Shown in pieces: positions 45,953 to 55,494 of a stretch of DNA of 64,000 nt. How positions within the stretch are numbered: position 1 is the first letter of the stretch; each line of letters begins with the position of its first letter. Location of the stretch: positions 8,950 to 72,949 of IMG/VR virus record IMGVR_UViG_3300005937_000199. One strand, given 5' to 3'. The translations under genes and the position numbers were made by a program. The notes beneath the pieces are model-generated. The model had not been told where the DNA came from and did not search any database. It saw only the letters and a list, made by a program, of their open reading frames with translations. This stretch comes from a virus (taxonomy: Duplodnaviria > Caudoviricetes).

Positions 45953-47007
45953 TGCGCCACACCTTCGGGGCCGAGGTACTGGCCGATCACATCACCCCAG
46001 TCGGCGTGCGCTGTACCACGCTGATTGCCACTCTGCCACGAGCCTACCTGGCAGAACTCAACACGCACCGGCTGCTCTCGCGCGACGGCTATGAGCAGGA
46101 GTTGTCGCGCAACTCGGCGTCCAGCAGGGCAATACCAACCGAGAAGAACATCGCCAACGTGCGCGAGTTCCCGTACGTTCCTGAGTCGTTCAACATGCGC
46201 GTCAAGGGCATGGGCGTCGGCGCGGAGATGGAAGCGGAATTGGCAAACCGCTGCCACAAGGTCTGGATGCGCGGGATGTACCACGCGACGACGACGGCCG
46301 ACATGCTCAACGAGCTTGGCCTTGACAAGTCGCGTGCCAACCGCGTGATCGAGCCGTTCATGTGGCACACCGTCATCATCACGGCGACGGAGTGGGACAA
46401 CTTCCTGGCGCTGCGCTGCCCGGACGGCGACCACTGGGACCCGGAGTTCCCTGCTCAGCCTGAGATGCAGATGTTCGCGATCTGTGTCCGTGACGCCATC
46501 AACGGCAGCACTCCCAAGCTGCTTGAAGAAGGCTCGTGGGCGATGCCGTACTTCGACTGGGACGAGGAGTCGGAGCTTCTGCGCGGCCTGCTCGGTGGCC
46601 TGCAAGTCCCGATCAACGAGGTCATCAATGGCGCGCTGCTTGTCAGTGCCCGCCGTGTTGCCCGCGTCAGCTTTGAGCGGCAGGATGACATCGAGGACAT
46701 CATGGCGTCCTACGAGAAGGGCATCACGCTCGCTCAGATGGCCCACTACAGCCCGATGGAGCACCAGGTCCGGCCGATCACGTACACCGACCTGAAGAAC
46801 GGCGCGATCAACTCGAAGATCCACGTGCCAATGGACTTGTTCCGGGACCAGCGTGTGATCAACTTCAAGAAGATCCCGCTGGAACGGCTCTGGTGCGGCA
46901 ACCTGCGTGGCGTCGTCCAGTTCCGCAAGCTCCTGCCGTACGAGGACAACGCGGGCGTGAAGCGTGCCATGGAGGCTGCCAAGGCATACGACCAGGAGAC
47001 GCGATGA
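45952..47007 (+). CDS. thyX: FAD-dependent thymidylate synthase (phage ThyX type)
   Basis: AELNTHR...SRNSASSRAIP, NRVIEPF, AQPEM and HYSPMEHQ motifs. Confidence 0.82.
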   Translation: MRHTFGAEVLADHITPVGVRCTTLIATLPRAYLAELNTHRLLSRDGYEQELSRNSASSRAIPTEKNIANVREFPYVPESFNMRVKGMGVGAEMEAELANRCHKVWMRGMYHATTTADMLNELGLDKSRANRVIEPFMWHTVIITATEWDNFLALRCPDGDHWDPEFPAQPEMQMFAICVRDAINGSTPKLLEEGSWAMPYFDWDEESELLRGLLGGLQVPINEVINGALLVSARRVARVSFERQDDIEDIMASYEKGITLAQMAHYSPMEHQVRPITYTDLKNGAINSKIHVPMDLFRDQRVINFKKIPLERLWCGNLRGVVQFRKLLPYEDNAGVKRAMEAAKAYDQETR

Positions 47008-47300
47008 TCGTTCTCACTGAAGCGGAGGTGTTGCGCCACCACAGCGGCATTGATTGGGCCGAGCAGTTGCTCAAGCGTGACAAGCGACGTGGCGTTATGG
47101 CTCTCTGTGCGGTTGTCAAGTGGTTCCAGGACAACGATGGCAAGTCGGATGACTTCGGCCGCACCTTCGTTGAGTCCGATGCCACCGAAGCGCTGACACG
47201 GCTCGGCGTCGAGCAAGTCTCCTGTCCAGCCGGTTGCAAGGGCGGCTGCGACCAGTGTGATGGCTACGGCTGGGTCTGGCGGATTCCGAACAACCTCTAG
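47004..47300 (+). CDS. hypothetical protein with C-terminal Cys cluster
   Basis: ATGA overlap; CPAGCKGGCDQC. Confidence 0.7.
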   Translation: MIVLTEAEVLRHHSGIDWAEQLLKRDKRRGVMALCAVVKWFQDNDGKSDDFGRTFVESDATEALTRLGVEQVSCPAGCKGGCDQCDGYGWVWRIPNNL

Positions 47301-47309
47301 GGAGCGAAG

Positions 47310-47675
47310 ATGCGAGTCGTGATCGTTGACTGTCGCCAGAACCGGCCTTACGAGGATGGTACCAACCTGGATGTTCCTGAGGAGGGCAGGGAGGCATTGA
47401 TGTCCGCTATTGAGCACGCCGACGTGCTGGTGGAGATCAGCCAGGATGGCATGTGGGTGAAGGAGGGTGTCGAACATGGCGTCGTCACGCTCGTCACCGT
47501 CAAGTCCGAGGCGCAGATGTCAATGGACAAGGCATTGCGTGAGAAGGCCGCTCGCACCAAGCCCAACGACGATCTGGAGAAGGGCACGCACCCCGTCAAC
47601 GAGAAGTTCGCGCACGTGTGGGACGGCTCCGTGGAGTCCGGCAAGCCGGTCGAGGGCGGTCTGAAGGGCTACTGA
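47310..47675 (+). CDS. hypothetical protein
   Basis: GGGAG RBS; coding-like codon use. Confidence 0.7.
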   Translation: MRVVIVDCRQNRPYEDGTNLDVPEEGREALMSAIEHADVLVEISQDGMWVKEGVEHGVVTLVTVKSEAQMSMDKALREKAARTKPNDDLEKGTHPVNEKFAHVWDGSVESGKPVEGGLKGY

Positions 47676-47706
47676 TAGACTGCCCGCAGCATGGCCTGGG
47701 GAGATC

Positions 47707-50700
47707 ATGGTCCAGTTCGCCGGACACCTTCACGTACACGACGCCTATTCGCTGCTCGACGGTAACGCCGACCGCAACCAACTGACAACCGAGGCGGCAC
47801 GCAAGGGCCAGGACTTCCTGGGCCTTACCAACCACGGTGTCTTGGGCGGGGCGTTGGAGCACGTGGACGCCTGTCGGCACCCTGAGCAGTACGAGGACCC
47901 TACCAATCCGGGTGGCAAACGGTCGAAGGACGAACGCCTGATGCCGATCCTGGGGATCGAGGCGTACTGGCGTCCTGATCGCTTCATGGACCTGAGCGAC
48001 CAGGCACTCTACGGTAGGAACGGGCACAACTGGGCGCAGCACCTCTGTCTGCACGCTGGCAACCTGCGTGGCTGGCGGACACTGCTGCGTCTGAGTGCTA
48101 AGTCGTGGGTCAAGAAGGAGAACGGCGGCGGCTTCTACGGCAAGCCGTGCATGGACATGAACATGCTGGAGGAGGATCACGAGGGCATCGTGATCTCCAC
48201 CGCCTGTATCAACTCGCCTGTTGCTCACCTGATCCTGGCCGGGGACGAGCGCGGCGCAAAGCGCTGGTGCAAGGGCATCCTGGAGATGGGGATACCGCTC
48301 TGGTTCGAGTTGATGCCGCACAACCTGGAAGCGCAGCGCATCTATAACATCGGACTTGTCAACATCGCACATGACCTGGGCCAGCCACTCGTGGCCTCCG
48401 GCGATGTCCACACTCCGTACTACGACTGGAAGGACACACAGTCGATTGTCAGGATGATCTCGTACCGGCAGACGATCTCCGATCAGGAGCGCAAGAAGGA
48501 CGCTGGTGAGGACGTTTACACCGAAGAGATCGACTCCGTGTTCCTGTCCAGCGGGCGCGAGATGATGGACATGTTCGAGGAGTACCAACCTCAGTTGCCA
48601 TTGTCGGTTGTCAAGGAGGCGATGGCGAACACGAAGGAGTTCTTCCAGAGCTTCAAGCCGTGGCAGTTCAGCAAGAACCTCAAGCTGCCGCATGTCGAGG
48701 TGGACTCCAAGACGCTGCTGTGGCAATGGGTGCAGGAGGGCTTCGAGCGGATCAAGAAGGACTATCCGGCCGAGCACTGGAAGAAGTTCCCGTACGAGGA
48801 GTACGAGAAGCGATGCCAAGAAGAGTGGCAAGTCCTGGTGGAGAAGGACGTGCTCGACTACTTCTACATCGTGGCCGACTTCATCCGGTGGGCGCGCTCC
48901 GATGAGCCGCTTCCAGTTCGGATCGGCAAGAAGCTTTACAAGGGCAAGGGCAAGAAGCGCCCGATCCGCTGCAATCTGCGCGGCTCCGCTGCTGGCTGCC
49001 TGATCTCCTACCTGATTGGCATCTCGATTGTCGATCCCATCGGGCATGAGCTACTGTTCGAGCGCTTCCTGAACGCCGACCGCGAAGGGATGCCGGATAT
49101 CGACATCGATCTCGAATCCGGCGAGTATGGCAGGGATCTTGGCAAGGAATACTTCCGCGTCGTCTACGGGCGCAATCACGTGGCCGATGTGATCGCCTAC
49201 CAGACCTTCGGCCCGCGCGCTGTGCTGGCAGCGGTGCTGGAGACGCAGGAGGTTGACTACAAGCGGATCAAGGATGCGACCGAGAGCATTGGGGACACCG
49301 AGCGCGGGCTGGAGAAGATCGCCGCTAAGAACCAGATTGTCAATGGCATCAAGCGTGACTTCGCCTACGCCTGGGAGCAGTGCCTCCGGCTAGAGGGGCA
49401 GATCAAGAACGACTCACGCCACGCATCGGCCATCATCCTCACTGACAAGCCGATTACTGATACTGGCATGGCGCTCCAGACGGCGAGCGACCACGAGACG
49501 GTGGTCACGGCTTGGGCCGACCGGGTGGAGTTCCCCATCGTCTCCAGCTACGGCTGGCAGAAGTTCGACCTGCTGGGCGTGGACTCGCTCAACAAGCAGG
49601 CGCTAGCAGTCGAGTTGGTTGAGCGCTACTACGGCGTCAAGGTTGATCTCGACCGGCTCCCAGTCTTCCGTGACCCGAAGGCTGTCGATCTCAAGGTCAT
49701 GAAGGCGTTCAAGACGAAGAAGACCTGGGACCTGTTCCAGTTCTCCGGCGACGGTATGTCGGCTGCGCTGTTCGAGATCTCGCCGGATGACGTGGACGAG
49801 CTATCGCTTGCCAATGCGCTTTACAGACCTGGTGCAGCCTCGCAGATCGAGGAGTACGTCGCGCGCAAGAAGGGCAAGAAGAAGTGGAAGCTCTGGCATC
49901 AGGCGTTGAAGCCCTACCTCGGTAGCACGTTCGGCATCATCGCCTTCCAGGAACAGGTGATGCAAACCTGCAAGGCAATCGGTGGCTTCACCGGGCCGCA
50001 GGCGGACTTCATGCGCAAGGCGATATCCAAGCTCTACCGGCTCGGCAAGGAAGAGGCGCAGGCCGAGATGCGGCCGTACTGGGAGATCTGGCTCCCTGGT
50101 TGCACCAAGCTTGGTATTCCACGCAAGGTGATCGATGAGGTGTGGGCGCTGATCCTTGAGTTCGGCGGCTACAGCTTCAACAAGGCACACTCCACTTGCT
50201 ACGCGCTCCAGGCGTATCAGGACATGTGGCTCAAGGTCTACTACCCACTGGCCTTCTACGCTGCCGCGTTCACGATCACGAAGAAGCAGAAGAAGGAGGA
50301 TCAGGCAACCTACTTGAAGAACGGTCTGCGCGAGGCGCGCTCCTTCGGGATCGAAGCGCTGCCGCCGTCCGTCAACCACAGCGAGGTTGGCTGGTCCATC
50401 GAGAATCGCAACATTCGCTTCGGCCTGGCGAGCGTCAACGAGATGGGATACGCCGCCGCCAATGCCATCGTTGCCAACCGGCCGTACAAGAACTTCAAGG
50501 ACTTCACGCAGCGGGTGCCGGAGGGCACGAACAAGACTCACCACCTGGCGCTCGTCCGCTGCGGTGCGTTCGATGAGACGGATGAGCGGCCCTATCTGCT
50601 CGGCAACACGCCCCAGCACGAGGGTAACCAGTTGAAGTTTGACATCGAGCTTGACTGTGGCGACACCACGAAGAAGACTGTCAAGCTGACTGATCGTCAG

Positions 50701-51447
50701 ATCGAGAACCTGAACCTGTACTCCGATGAGAAGATCATGCAGGAGCTACAGTGGAAGGGCGAGGAGCAGACGCGCAACGTCAAGTGCCGCAAGCATCCGG
50801 ACGCCAAAGTCGTCAACGTCATCGAGCGGCATGATGTCTACTCGGTTGCTGAGTGGATGCGCGACCGACCGGGTCGAGAGCCGGAGGAGTGGACGCCTGC
50901 CACTGCCGGTGAGATCGCCAAGGCTGAGCGAGATACCATCAACATTGGCATGACTGCCAGCGGCTCGATTGCCACCCGCTACTTCGACTTCATCGATGCC
51001 AGGATCATGACCGCCGCTGAGGTGGATGACCTACCGCGCAAGCCGAAGCGCAAGAAGGTCAAGGGCCGCTATTACCACACCGGTAGCTGCCGCTGCGAAG
51101 AGTGTGAGGCGGCAGAGGTGACGCTCGGTGGGGAGATCACGCGCTTCAAGCCGATCCGCAACCGCAACGGCGATATGATGGCCTTTGGTGATCTCGTGTT
51201 CGGCTCGGATCAGTACAGCTTGACGTTCTTCTCGGACGCCTACAGGGACTATGCCAAGTTGGTGAAAACTCCGACTGCGTTCCTCGTCTCCGGGTGCAAG
51301 AACGACCGTGGCGAGATCACCGTGTTCGAGGTCGTGGATGTTGTGGCACTTGCTGAAGAACAGGGCTGGGAGCCGCCGCCGCTAACCAATGGTAAGCGTA
51401 ATGGCAACCGGCATGTTAGCCTACGAGGACTAGCAAAGGCGGCGTGA
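47707..51447 (+). CDS. dnaE: DNA polymerase III alpha subunit (family C)
   Basis: PHP domain HLHVHDAYSLLDG; RGSAAG; LLFERFLN; MPDIDID; KFDLLG; YSFNKAHS; C-terminal OB fold. Confidence 0.96.
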   Translation: MVQFAGHLHVHDAYSLLDGNADRNQLTTEAARKGQDFLGLTNHGVLGGALEHVDACRHPEQYEDPTNPGGKRSKDERLMPILGIEAYWRPDRFMDLSDQALYGRNGHNWAQHLCLHAGNLRGWRTLLRLSAKSWVKKENGGGFYGKPCMDMNMLEEDHEGIVISTACINSPVAHLILAGDERGAKRWCKGILEMGIPLWFELMPHNLEAQRIYNIGLVNIAHDLGQPLVASGDVHTPYYDWKDTQSIVRMISYRQTISDQERKKDAGEDVYTEEIDSVFLSSGREMMDMFEEYQPQLPLSVVKEAMANTKEFFQSFKPWQFSKNLKLPHVEVDSKTLLWQWVQEGFERIKKDYPAEHWKKFPYEEYEKRCQEEWQVLVEKDVLDYFYIVADFIRWARSDEPLPVRIGKKLYKGKGKKRPIRCNLRGSAAGCLISYLIGISIVDPIGHELLFERFLNADREGMPDIDIDLESGEYGRDLGKEYFRVVYGRNHVADVIAYQTFGPRAVLAAVLETQEVDYKRIKDATESIGDTERGLEKIAAKNQIVNGIKRDFAYAWEQCLRLEGQIKNDSRHASAIILTDKPITDTGMALQTASDHETVVTAWADRVEFPIVSSYGWQKFDLLGVDSLNKQALAVELVERYYGVKVDLDRLPVFRDPKAVDLKVMKAFKTKKTWDLFQFSGDGMSAALFEISPDDVDELSLANALYRPGAASQIEEYVARKKGKKKWKLWHQALKPYLGSTFGIIAFQEQVMQTCKAIGGFTGPQADFMRKAISKLYRLGKEEAQAEMRPYWEIWLPGCTKLGIPRKVIDEVWALILEFGGYSFNKAHSTCYALQAYQDMWLKVYYPLAFYAAAFTITKKQKKEDQATYLKNGLREARSFGIEALPPSVNHSEVGWSIENRNIRFGLASVNEMGYAAANAIVANRPYKNFKDFTQRVPEGTNKTHHLALVRCGAFDETDERPYLLGNTPQHEGNQLKFDIELDCGDTTKKTVKLTDRQIENLNLYSDEKIMQELQWKGEEQTRNVKCRKHPDAKVVNVIERHDVYSVAEWMRDRPGREPEEWTPATAGEIAKAERDTINIGMTASGSIATRYFDFIDARIMTAAEVDDLPRKPKRKKVKGRYYHTGSCRCEECEAAEVTLGGEITRFKPIRNRNGDMMAFGDLVFGSDQYSLTFFSDAYRDYAKLVKTPTAFLVSGCKNDRGEITVFEVVDVVALAEEQGWEPPPLTNGKRNGNRHVSLRGLAKAA

Positions 51448-52721
51448 TGCCAGTTAGCAGTGAAGGACGAGCAGCCTTCATCGAGTGGGTGACGAGCCAG
51501 AAGGAGTGGGAGACGAAGGTCTTCACTGGCAACACGCAGAACATCGGTGATGGTCCGGCGCGTGTTCCGTTCCTCAACCCGACGCTCACGCGAGCGACCT
51601 GGGGCGGCGTGCCGGTCGGCCACATCTGCCGTTGGCACGGTGAAGAGGGCAGTGGCAAGTCGCTTACTGATCTCGGCATCATGTGGGTGGCGCAGAACTA
51701 CCCGATGGTCATCACCGAGGAGTTCGAGCGCGAGATCTACTTCTACGAAGCGCGCCGCAACCGGCTCAAAGCGATGCTGCTGAAGACGCGCCTCGCGAAC
51801 CTCCTGGCCAAGTTCCCTGATGGCATGTCGGTGTGCATCTACGACACCGAGCAGCGCTTCACCTGGGACCTGGCCGAGCAGATGGGGATTGATATCCGTC
51901 ATGATGACAGGCTGATCGTCATGGAGGAGAACATCATCGAGAACATCGCCTACCAGATGCAGGAGGCGGTGGCTGCATACCACATTGTCATCGTGGACTC
52001 GGTGAGCAACGCGGAGAGCTACGCCGAGGCGAACCTGACGCCTGGTGAGTACGAGCGCGGGACGGCAGCAGCGGCGTGGAAGCGCCTGCGCTCAGTCCGG
52101 CGACGGCTTGACCGCACAGAGAACACGATCATCCTCGTGGACCAGGTGCGCGCCGCGCTGGGCAAGACGGTCTGGAAGGCTGGCAAGCAGGAGCAGGCAC
52201 CGCCGCAGCCGCCGCAGATCCGCTTCCTCAAGCACAATGCCTCGCTGGCCATCGCCTACAGCCAAGGCAAGAAGCTTTACATGATGGACGACTACGCGCT
52301 GACCGACGACTACAAGAAGGCCAGCAACGACTTCATGGCGCTCGGATCAGATGGCAAGGAGGTTGCCGGTCTGGAGATGCGTTGCAAGGTCGAGAAGAAC
52401 TCGACCGGCGCTCCCTTCCGCCAGGCAGCGATGCGGTTCTGCTTCCCAGTCACCGACGTGCGAACCGGCGAGTTGATCCAGGATGTGGGATTCGACTTGT
52501 CATTCGAGTTGCTGATGTCGGCCGAGCACTACCACATCGTGGAGTCTGGTGGCGGCGGCATGTACTACCCACTGGACGAGAACTTCCGGCGCATCGCGAA
52601 GCCGAAGGGCCGGGGCAAGGGCCACATCGGCTGGAAGGGCGAGCCTGCCGCCCGCGCCGCCATTGAGGAGAACGACGAACTCAGGGAACGGATACTCAGT
52701 CGCCTGATGATGGACAGATGA
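51444..52721 (+). CDS. recA: RecA-like recombinase
   Basis: GGVPVGHI...GEEGSGKS, YDTEQ, IVDSV, LVDQVR and KVEKN motifs. Confidence 0.85.
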   Translation: MMPVSSEGRAAFIEWVTSQKEWETKVFTGNTQNIGDGPARVPFLNPTLTRATWGGVPVGHICRWHGEEGSGKSLTDLGIMWVAQNYPMVITEEFEREIYFYEARRNRLKAMLLKTRLANLLAKFPDGMSVCIYDTEQRFTWDLAEQMGIDIRHDDRLIVMEENIIENIAYQMQEAVAAYHIVIVDSVSNAESYAEANLTPGEYERGTAAAAWKRLRSVRRRLDRTENTIILVDQVRAALGKTVWKAGKQEQAPPQPPQIRFLKHNASLAIAYSQGKKLYMMDDYALTDDYKKASNDFMALGSDGKEVAGLEMRCKVEKNSTGAPFRQAAMRFCFPVTDVRTGELIQDVGFDLSFELLMSAEHYHIVESGGGGMYYPLDENFRRIAKPKGRGKGHIGWKGEPAARAAIEENDELRERILSRLMMDR

Positions 52722-52722
52722 C

Positions 52723-53277
52723 ATGCCAGATGATGAAGAACCAGACTACGAAGAGATCTGGCGGTGGATAGTTGCCTCCGCAGAACAACACGTCGAAGCC
52801 CAAAGGCGCTGGCAAGCTAGCTGGCTTGAAGGCGACTTCCGGTTCGACGCCGATCTCGCCTACGCCGCGCAAAGGCGCGCTGCGCGGGCTTGGCAACGCA
52901 GCACCCTCCAGCAAATCGATCTCGCCCTCGCCATCAACGACGGAGACATCGCCTCCTACATCGAGCGCTGGTACCCGGAGCCAACGCCCAACGGTGCGTC
53001 GATCACCTTCATCCACGCCGATGAGGTCGAAGTCACTGGCAGGCTTGTCATCGATGAGGTCGCCATCCCCGAAGGATGGCAACCAGGTCGTCAATACTCC
53101 GGAGAGTCCCGCGCGACACTACGAGCCTGGTACACAGGCGACGAGTACACTGCAACCGTTTGGGAATCAGAGGACTGCCGTGCCGCTCGGAGCAAACGTG
53201 CGCGTGGCAAGGCTCTGGTCAAGCAAGTTTCCCGTTGGCTCCGTCGTGCGTGTCGAATGGGACCACGAGGGGTATAA
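52723..53277 (+). CDS. hypothetical protein
   Basis: ORF immediately after recA. Confidence 0.55.
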   Translation: MPDDEEPDYEEIWRWIVASAEQHVEAQRRWQASWLEGDFRFDADLAYAAQRRAARAWQRSTLQQIDLALAINDGDIASYIERWYPEPTPNGASITFIHADEVEVTGRLVIDEVAIPEGWQPGRQYSGESRATLRAWYTGDEYTATVWESEDCRAARSKRARGKALVKQVSRWLRRACRMGPRGV

Positions 53278-53425
53278 GCCGGAGTTCAACCAGCGGCTTG
53301 CCTACCGGGGTACTGTGATGGAGTACGAGAAGGACGGATGGATGCGCTTGTTCGACTACGACACCGGCTACTGGTTCGTGGCTCCGTGCGCGCGGCTGGC
53401 CCTGAGCTTCAAGGGTGGGTCGTGA
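53204..53425 (+). CDS. small SH3-like hypothetical protein; start uncertain
   Basis: KFPVGSVVRVEW...YRGTVMEYE; GTGA overlap with the next gene. Confidence 0.5.
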   Translation: MARLWSSKFPVGSVVRVEWDHEGYKPEFNQRLAYRGTVMEYEKDGWMRLFDYDTGYWFVAPCARLALSFKGGS

Positions 53426-53697
53426 CAGGTGGGGTTTCAATCGCTGAGTTGCACTGCCCTACGTGTGGGGCGGTCTTTGCCTGCTTCGTTGCTAGATGCA
53501 CGCACGCTCTTGAATCCGACTTTGATGTTGACGCGCTTCATGCTGACATCAAGTGCGGGCCAACGCTCGGCCACCGGCCCTACCTCACGTGCCCACGAGG
53601 GCACATGTGGACGATCAAGACAATCTGGCGGGCACTCGGTTACCCCGATCAAGTGCTCCTTGGCGAATACCTTGGAGTAGATGAACAATGGGCTTGA
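53422..53697 (+). CDS. Zn-ribbon hypothetical protein
   Basis: CPTCG and CPRGH motifs. Confidence 0.65.
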   Translation: MTGGVSIAELHCPTCGAVFACFVARCTHALESDFDVDALHADIKCGPTLGHRPYLTCPRGHMWTIKTIWRALGYPDQVLLGEYLGVDEQWA

Positions 53698-54200
53698 CAC
53701 CGGAACAGGATCGGGCTGCCTGGTACGTTGCCGGTGTCTTCGACGGTGAGGGATCGGTGCACTACAAGGAGGGCAAGTTCGGCTTCACGTCGAAGTACGT
53801 AAGGATTGACAACACAGATGTCAGCATCATCGACTCTGTGTGCATCGCGCTCGATCTCCTGGGTATCCCGTATACCAAGCGTGGCCCGACCTACCTCAAG
53901 AACGACCGCTGGCTCCCGGTCTACAGCCTCAACATCGCCAACTACGATGGCATTGCTCTTTTTGCACAGTTAGTCCCAGTGCAGAGCGAGGCGAAGCGCG
54001 AGAAGCTTGATCACATCGCTGGTGCGGAGCGTCGTCGGCTTGTCGTCAGGACTGATGAGGAGTGGATTGCGCTCTACCACAAGCATTCCAATCTGGCTGC
54101 TATAGCTCGGGAAGTCGAGTGCAATGTCAAGACGGTTCGTACGAACATGGATCGCCTGGGAATGCCCCGGCGCGGGCGGGGGTGGCGAGCGTGGGTTTGA
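53688..54200 (+). mobile_element. free-standing LAGLIDADG homing endonuclease gene with C-terminal HTH
   Basis: WYVAGVFDGEGSV motif; VRIDNTD; AAIAREVECNVKTV HTH; flanked by RTGGGYTTGAC repeats. Confidence 0.85.
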
Positions 54201-55315
54201 CGCGGGCCGAGTTCTGGTCGAGAATCGGGTTGGCACGGGAGATCGACCCGCTGACGACGGCGGCGTACAAGTTCGGTGCGCTCAAGCGGCAGCTACAGGG
54301 CGACAAGGGCGAGGACCACCGCGATCCCTGGCACCTGAGCTTCCACGGCTCCCAGTTCCCTGGTGACAACCCGAACGCCTGCGGCCGACAGTCGCTCTAT
54401 CGGATGATGGACTTCACGCGGCCGGTGATGAAGCGCTGGCTCGAACAGGTGGCTGAGTCCGGCAAGGCCATCGAGAACAGTCTGGTTGCCAAGTGGTGGT
54501 ACGCTGGCTACCTCGTCAGTCCGCCCTCGTTCCTGCCAGGGATGCTCCAGGAGCAGTACGAGGACGAGGATCACTGGCTGACCTGCACGGTGGATTCCAT
54601 CGTCTGCTGGCCGCGCGAGATCGAGCCGCTGGTCTGTGAGGTCAAGAGCAAGGAGGCTGCTGTCATCCGGGCGATGCAGCGGCTCATCCGTGGTCCAGAC
54701 CGCAAACACGTGTGGCAGATCAAAACTGAGATCGCGATGGCCCACGAGGCGGGACCGATTACCAAGCTGCGTTGCATCAACACCGGGCGATTCGCGATCC
54801 GCGTAGGGTTCGAGATCGAGGATGGCGTGATGGTCGGCGGCGAGGATGTGTGTCCGCTGCACGGTGGCGACCGCTGCCTCCAACAAGTCACCTTGCAAGC
54901 TCCGACGCGCGGTTACCTCTACTACGTGAGCCGTGACAACCCTGAGGACACCTTCGAGTTCATGTTCGAGTACGACCCGAACTGGCTCCGAGTCGGGCGC
55001 TCGAAGCTGAAGCGCTGGCGTGAATCATTCCTTGATGACACGCTGCCTGCTACTAACTTCAGCGACAAACGGTTCTCGCATCCATTCGGTTGGCAGTGGA
55101 CGAAGGATCAGTTCCCATGCAAATACTGTGACTTCGGCCAGATCTGCCGTGATGACCACCGGCTTGCTGTCGAGCGCGGTAGTGTCATTGCGCTGACGGA
55201 GAGCGCCGGGATTGAGGACACGCGCGAGATACGTGAGGCGTACGACCCGCTCGATACGCGAGAAGCGGTGAGCGAGTTCTGGAGCCGTCGCAACGGCTCA
55301 CGAATGGCTGCGTAG
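54191..55315 (+). CDS. Cas4/RecB-like PD-(D/E)XK exonuclease
   Basis: CGRQSLY, TVD...EVKS, WQIK and CKYCDFGQIC (Fe-S cysteines). Confidence 0.8.
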   Translation: MGLTRAEFWSRIGLAREIDPLTTAAYKFGALKRQLQGDKGEDHRDPWHLSFHGSQFPGDNPNACGRQSLYRMMDFTRPVMKRWLEQVAESGKAIENSLVAKWWYAGYLVSPPSFLPGMLQEQYEDEDHWLTCTVDSIVCWPREIEPLVCEVKSKEAAVIRAMQRLIRGPDRKHVWQIKTEIAMAHEAGPITKLRCINTGRFAIRVGFEIEDGVMVGGEDVCPLHGGDRCLQQVTLQAPTRGYLYYVSRDNPEDTFEFMFEYDPNWLRVGRSKLKRWRESFLDDTLPATNFSDKRFSHPFGWQWTKDQFPCKYCDFGQICRDDHRLAVERGSVIALTESAGIEDTREIREAYDPLDTREAVSEFWSRRNGSRMAA

Positions 55316-55350
55316 AGCCAACCACAGCGAATCAGCGGGTTCTTGGCGAA

Positions 55351-55364
55351 GCTGCTATGATCCC
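55351..55364 (+). promoter_or_regulatory. extended -10 promoter TG-C-TATGAT
   Basis: CTGCTATGATCCC in the intergenic region before 55495. Confidence 0.6.
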
Positions 55365-55494
55365 AGCGGGGTCGAGTGCTGGTGCCGCCCTCGGGATTCC
55401 CGGCTCACCCGCATTGAGCGTCTGGTTCCCCTGACGGCTTCCCGGCTCGGCCCCACTGTCAACCGCACTGTCACACAAACAACGAGGAGGCCAA

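Noticed and set aside
55316-55494. Possible mini-CRISPR array after the Cas4-like gene
   Set aside because: Only short pairs (TTCCCGGCTC twice, CACTGTCA twice); no 25-40 bp repeats with regular spacers.
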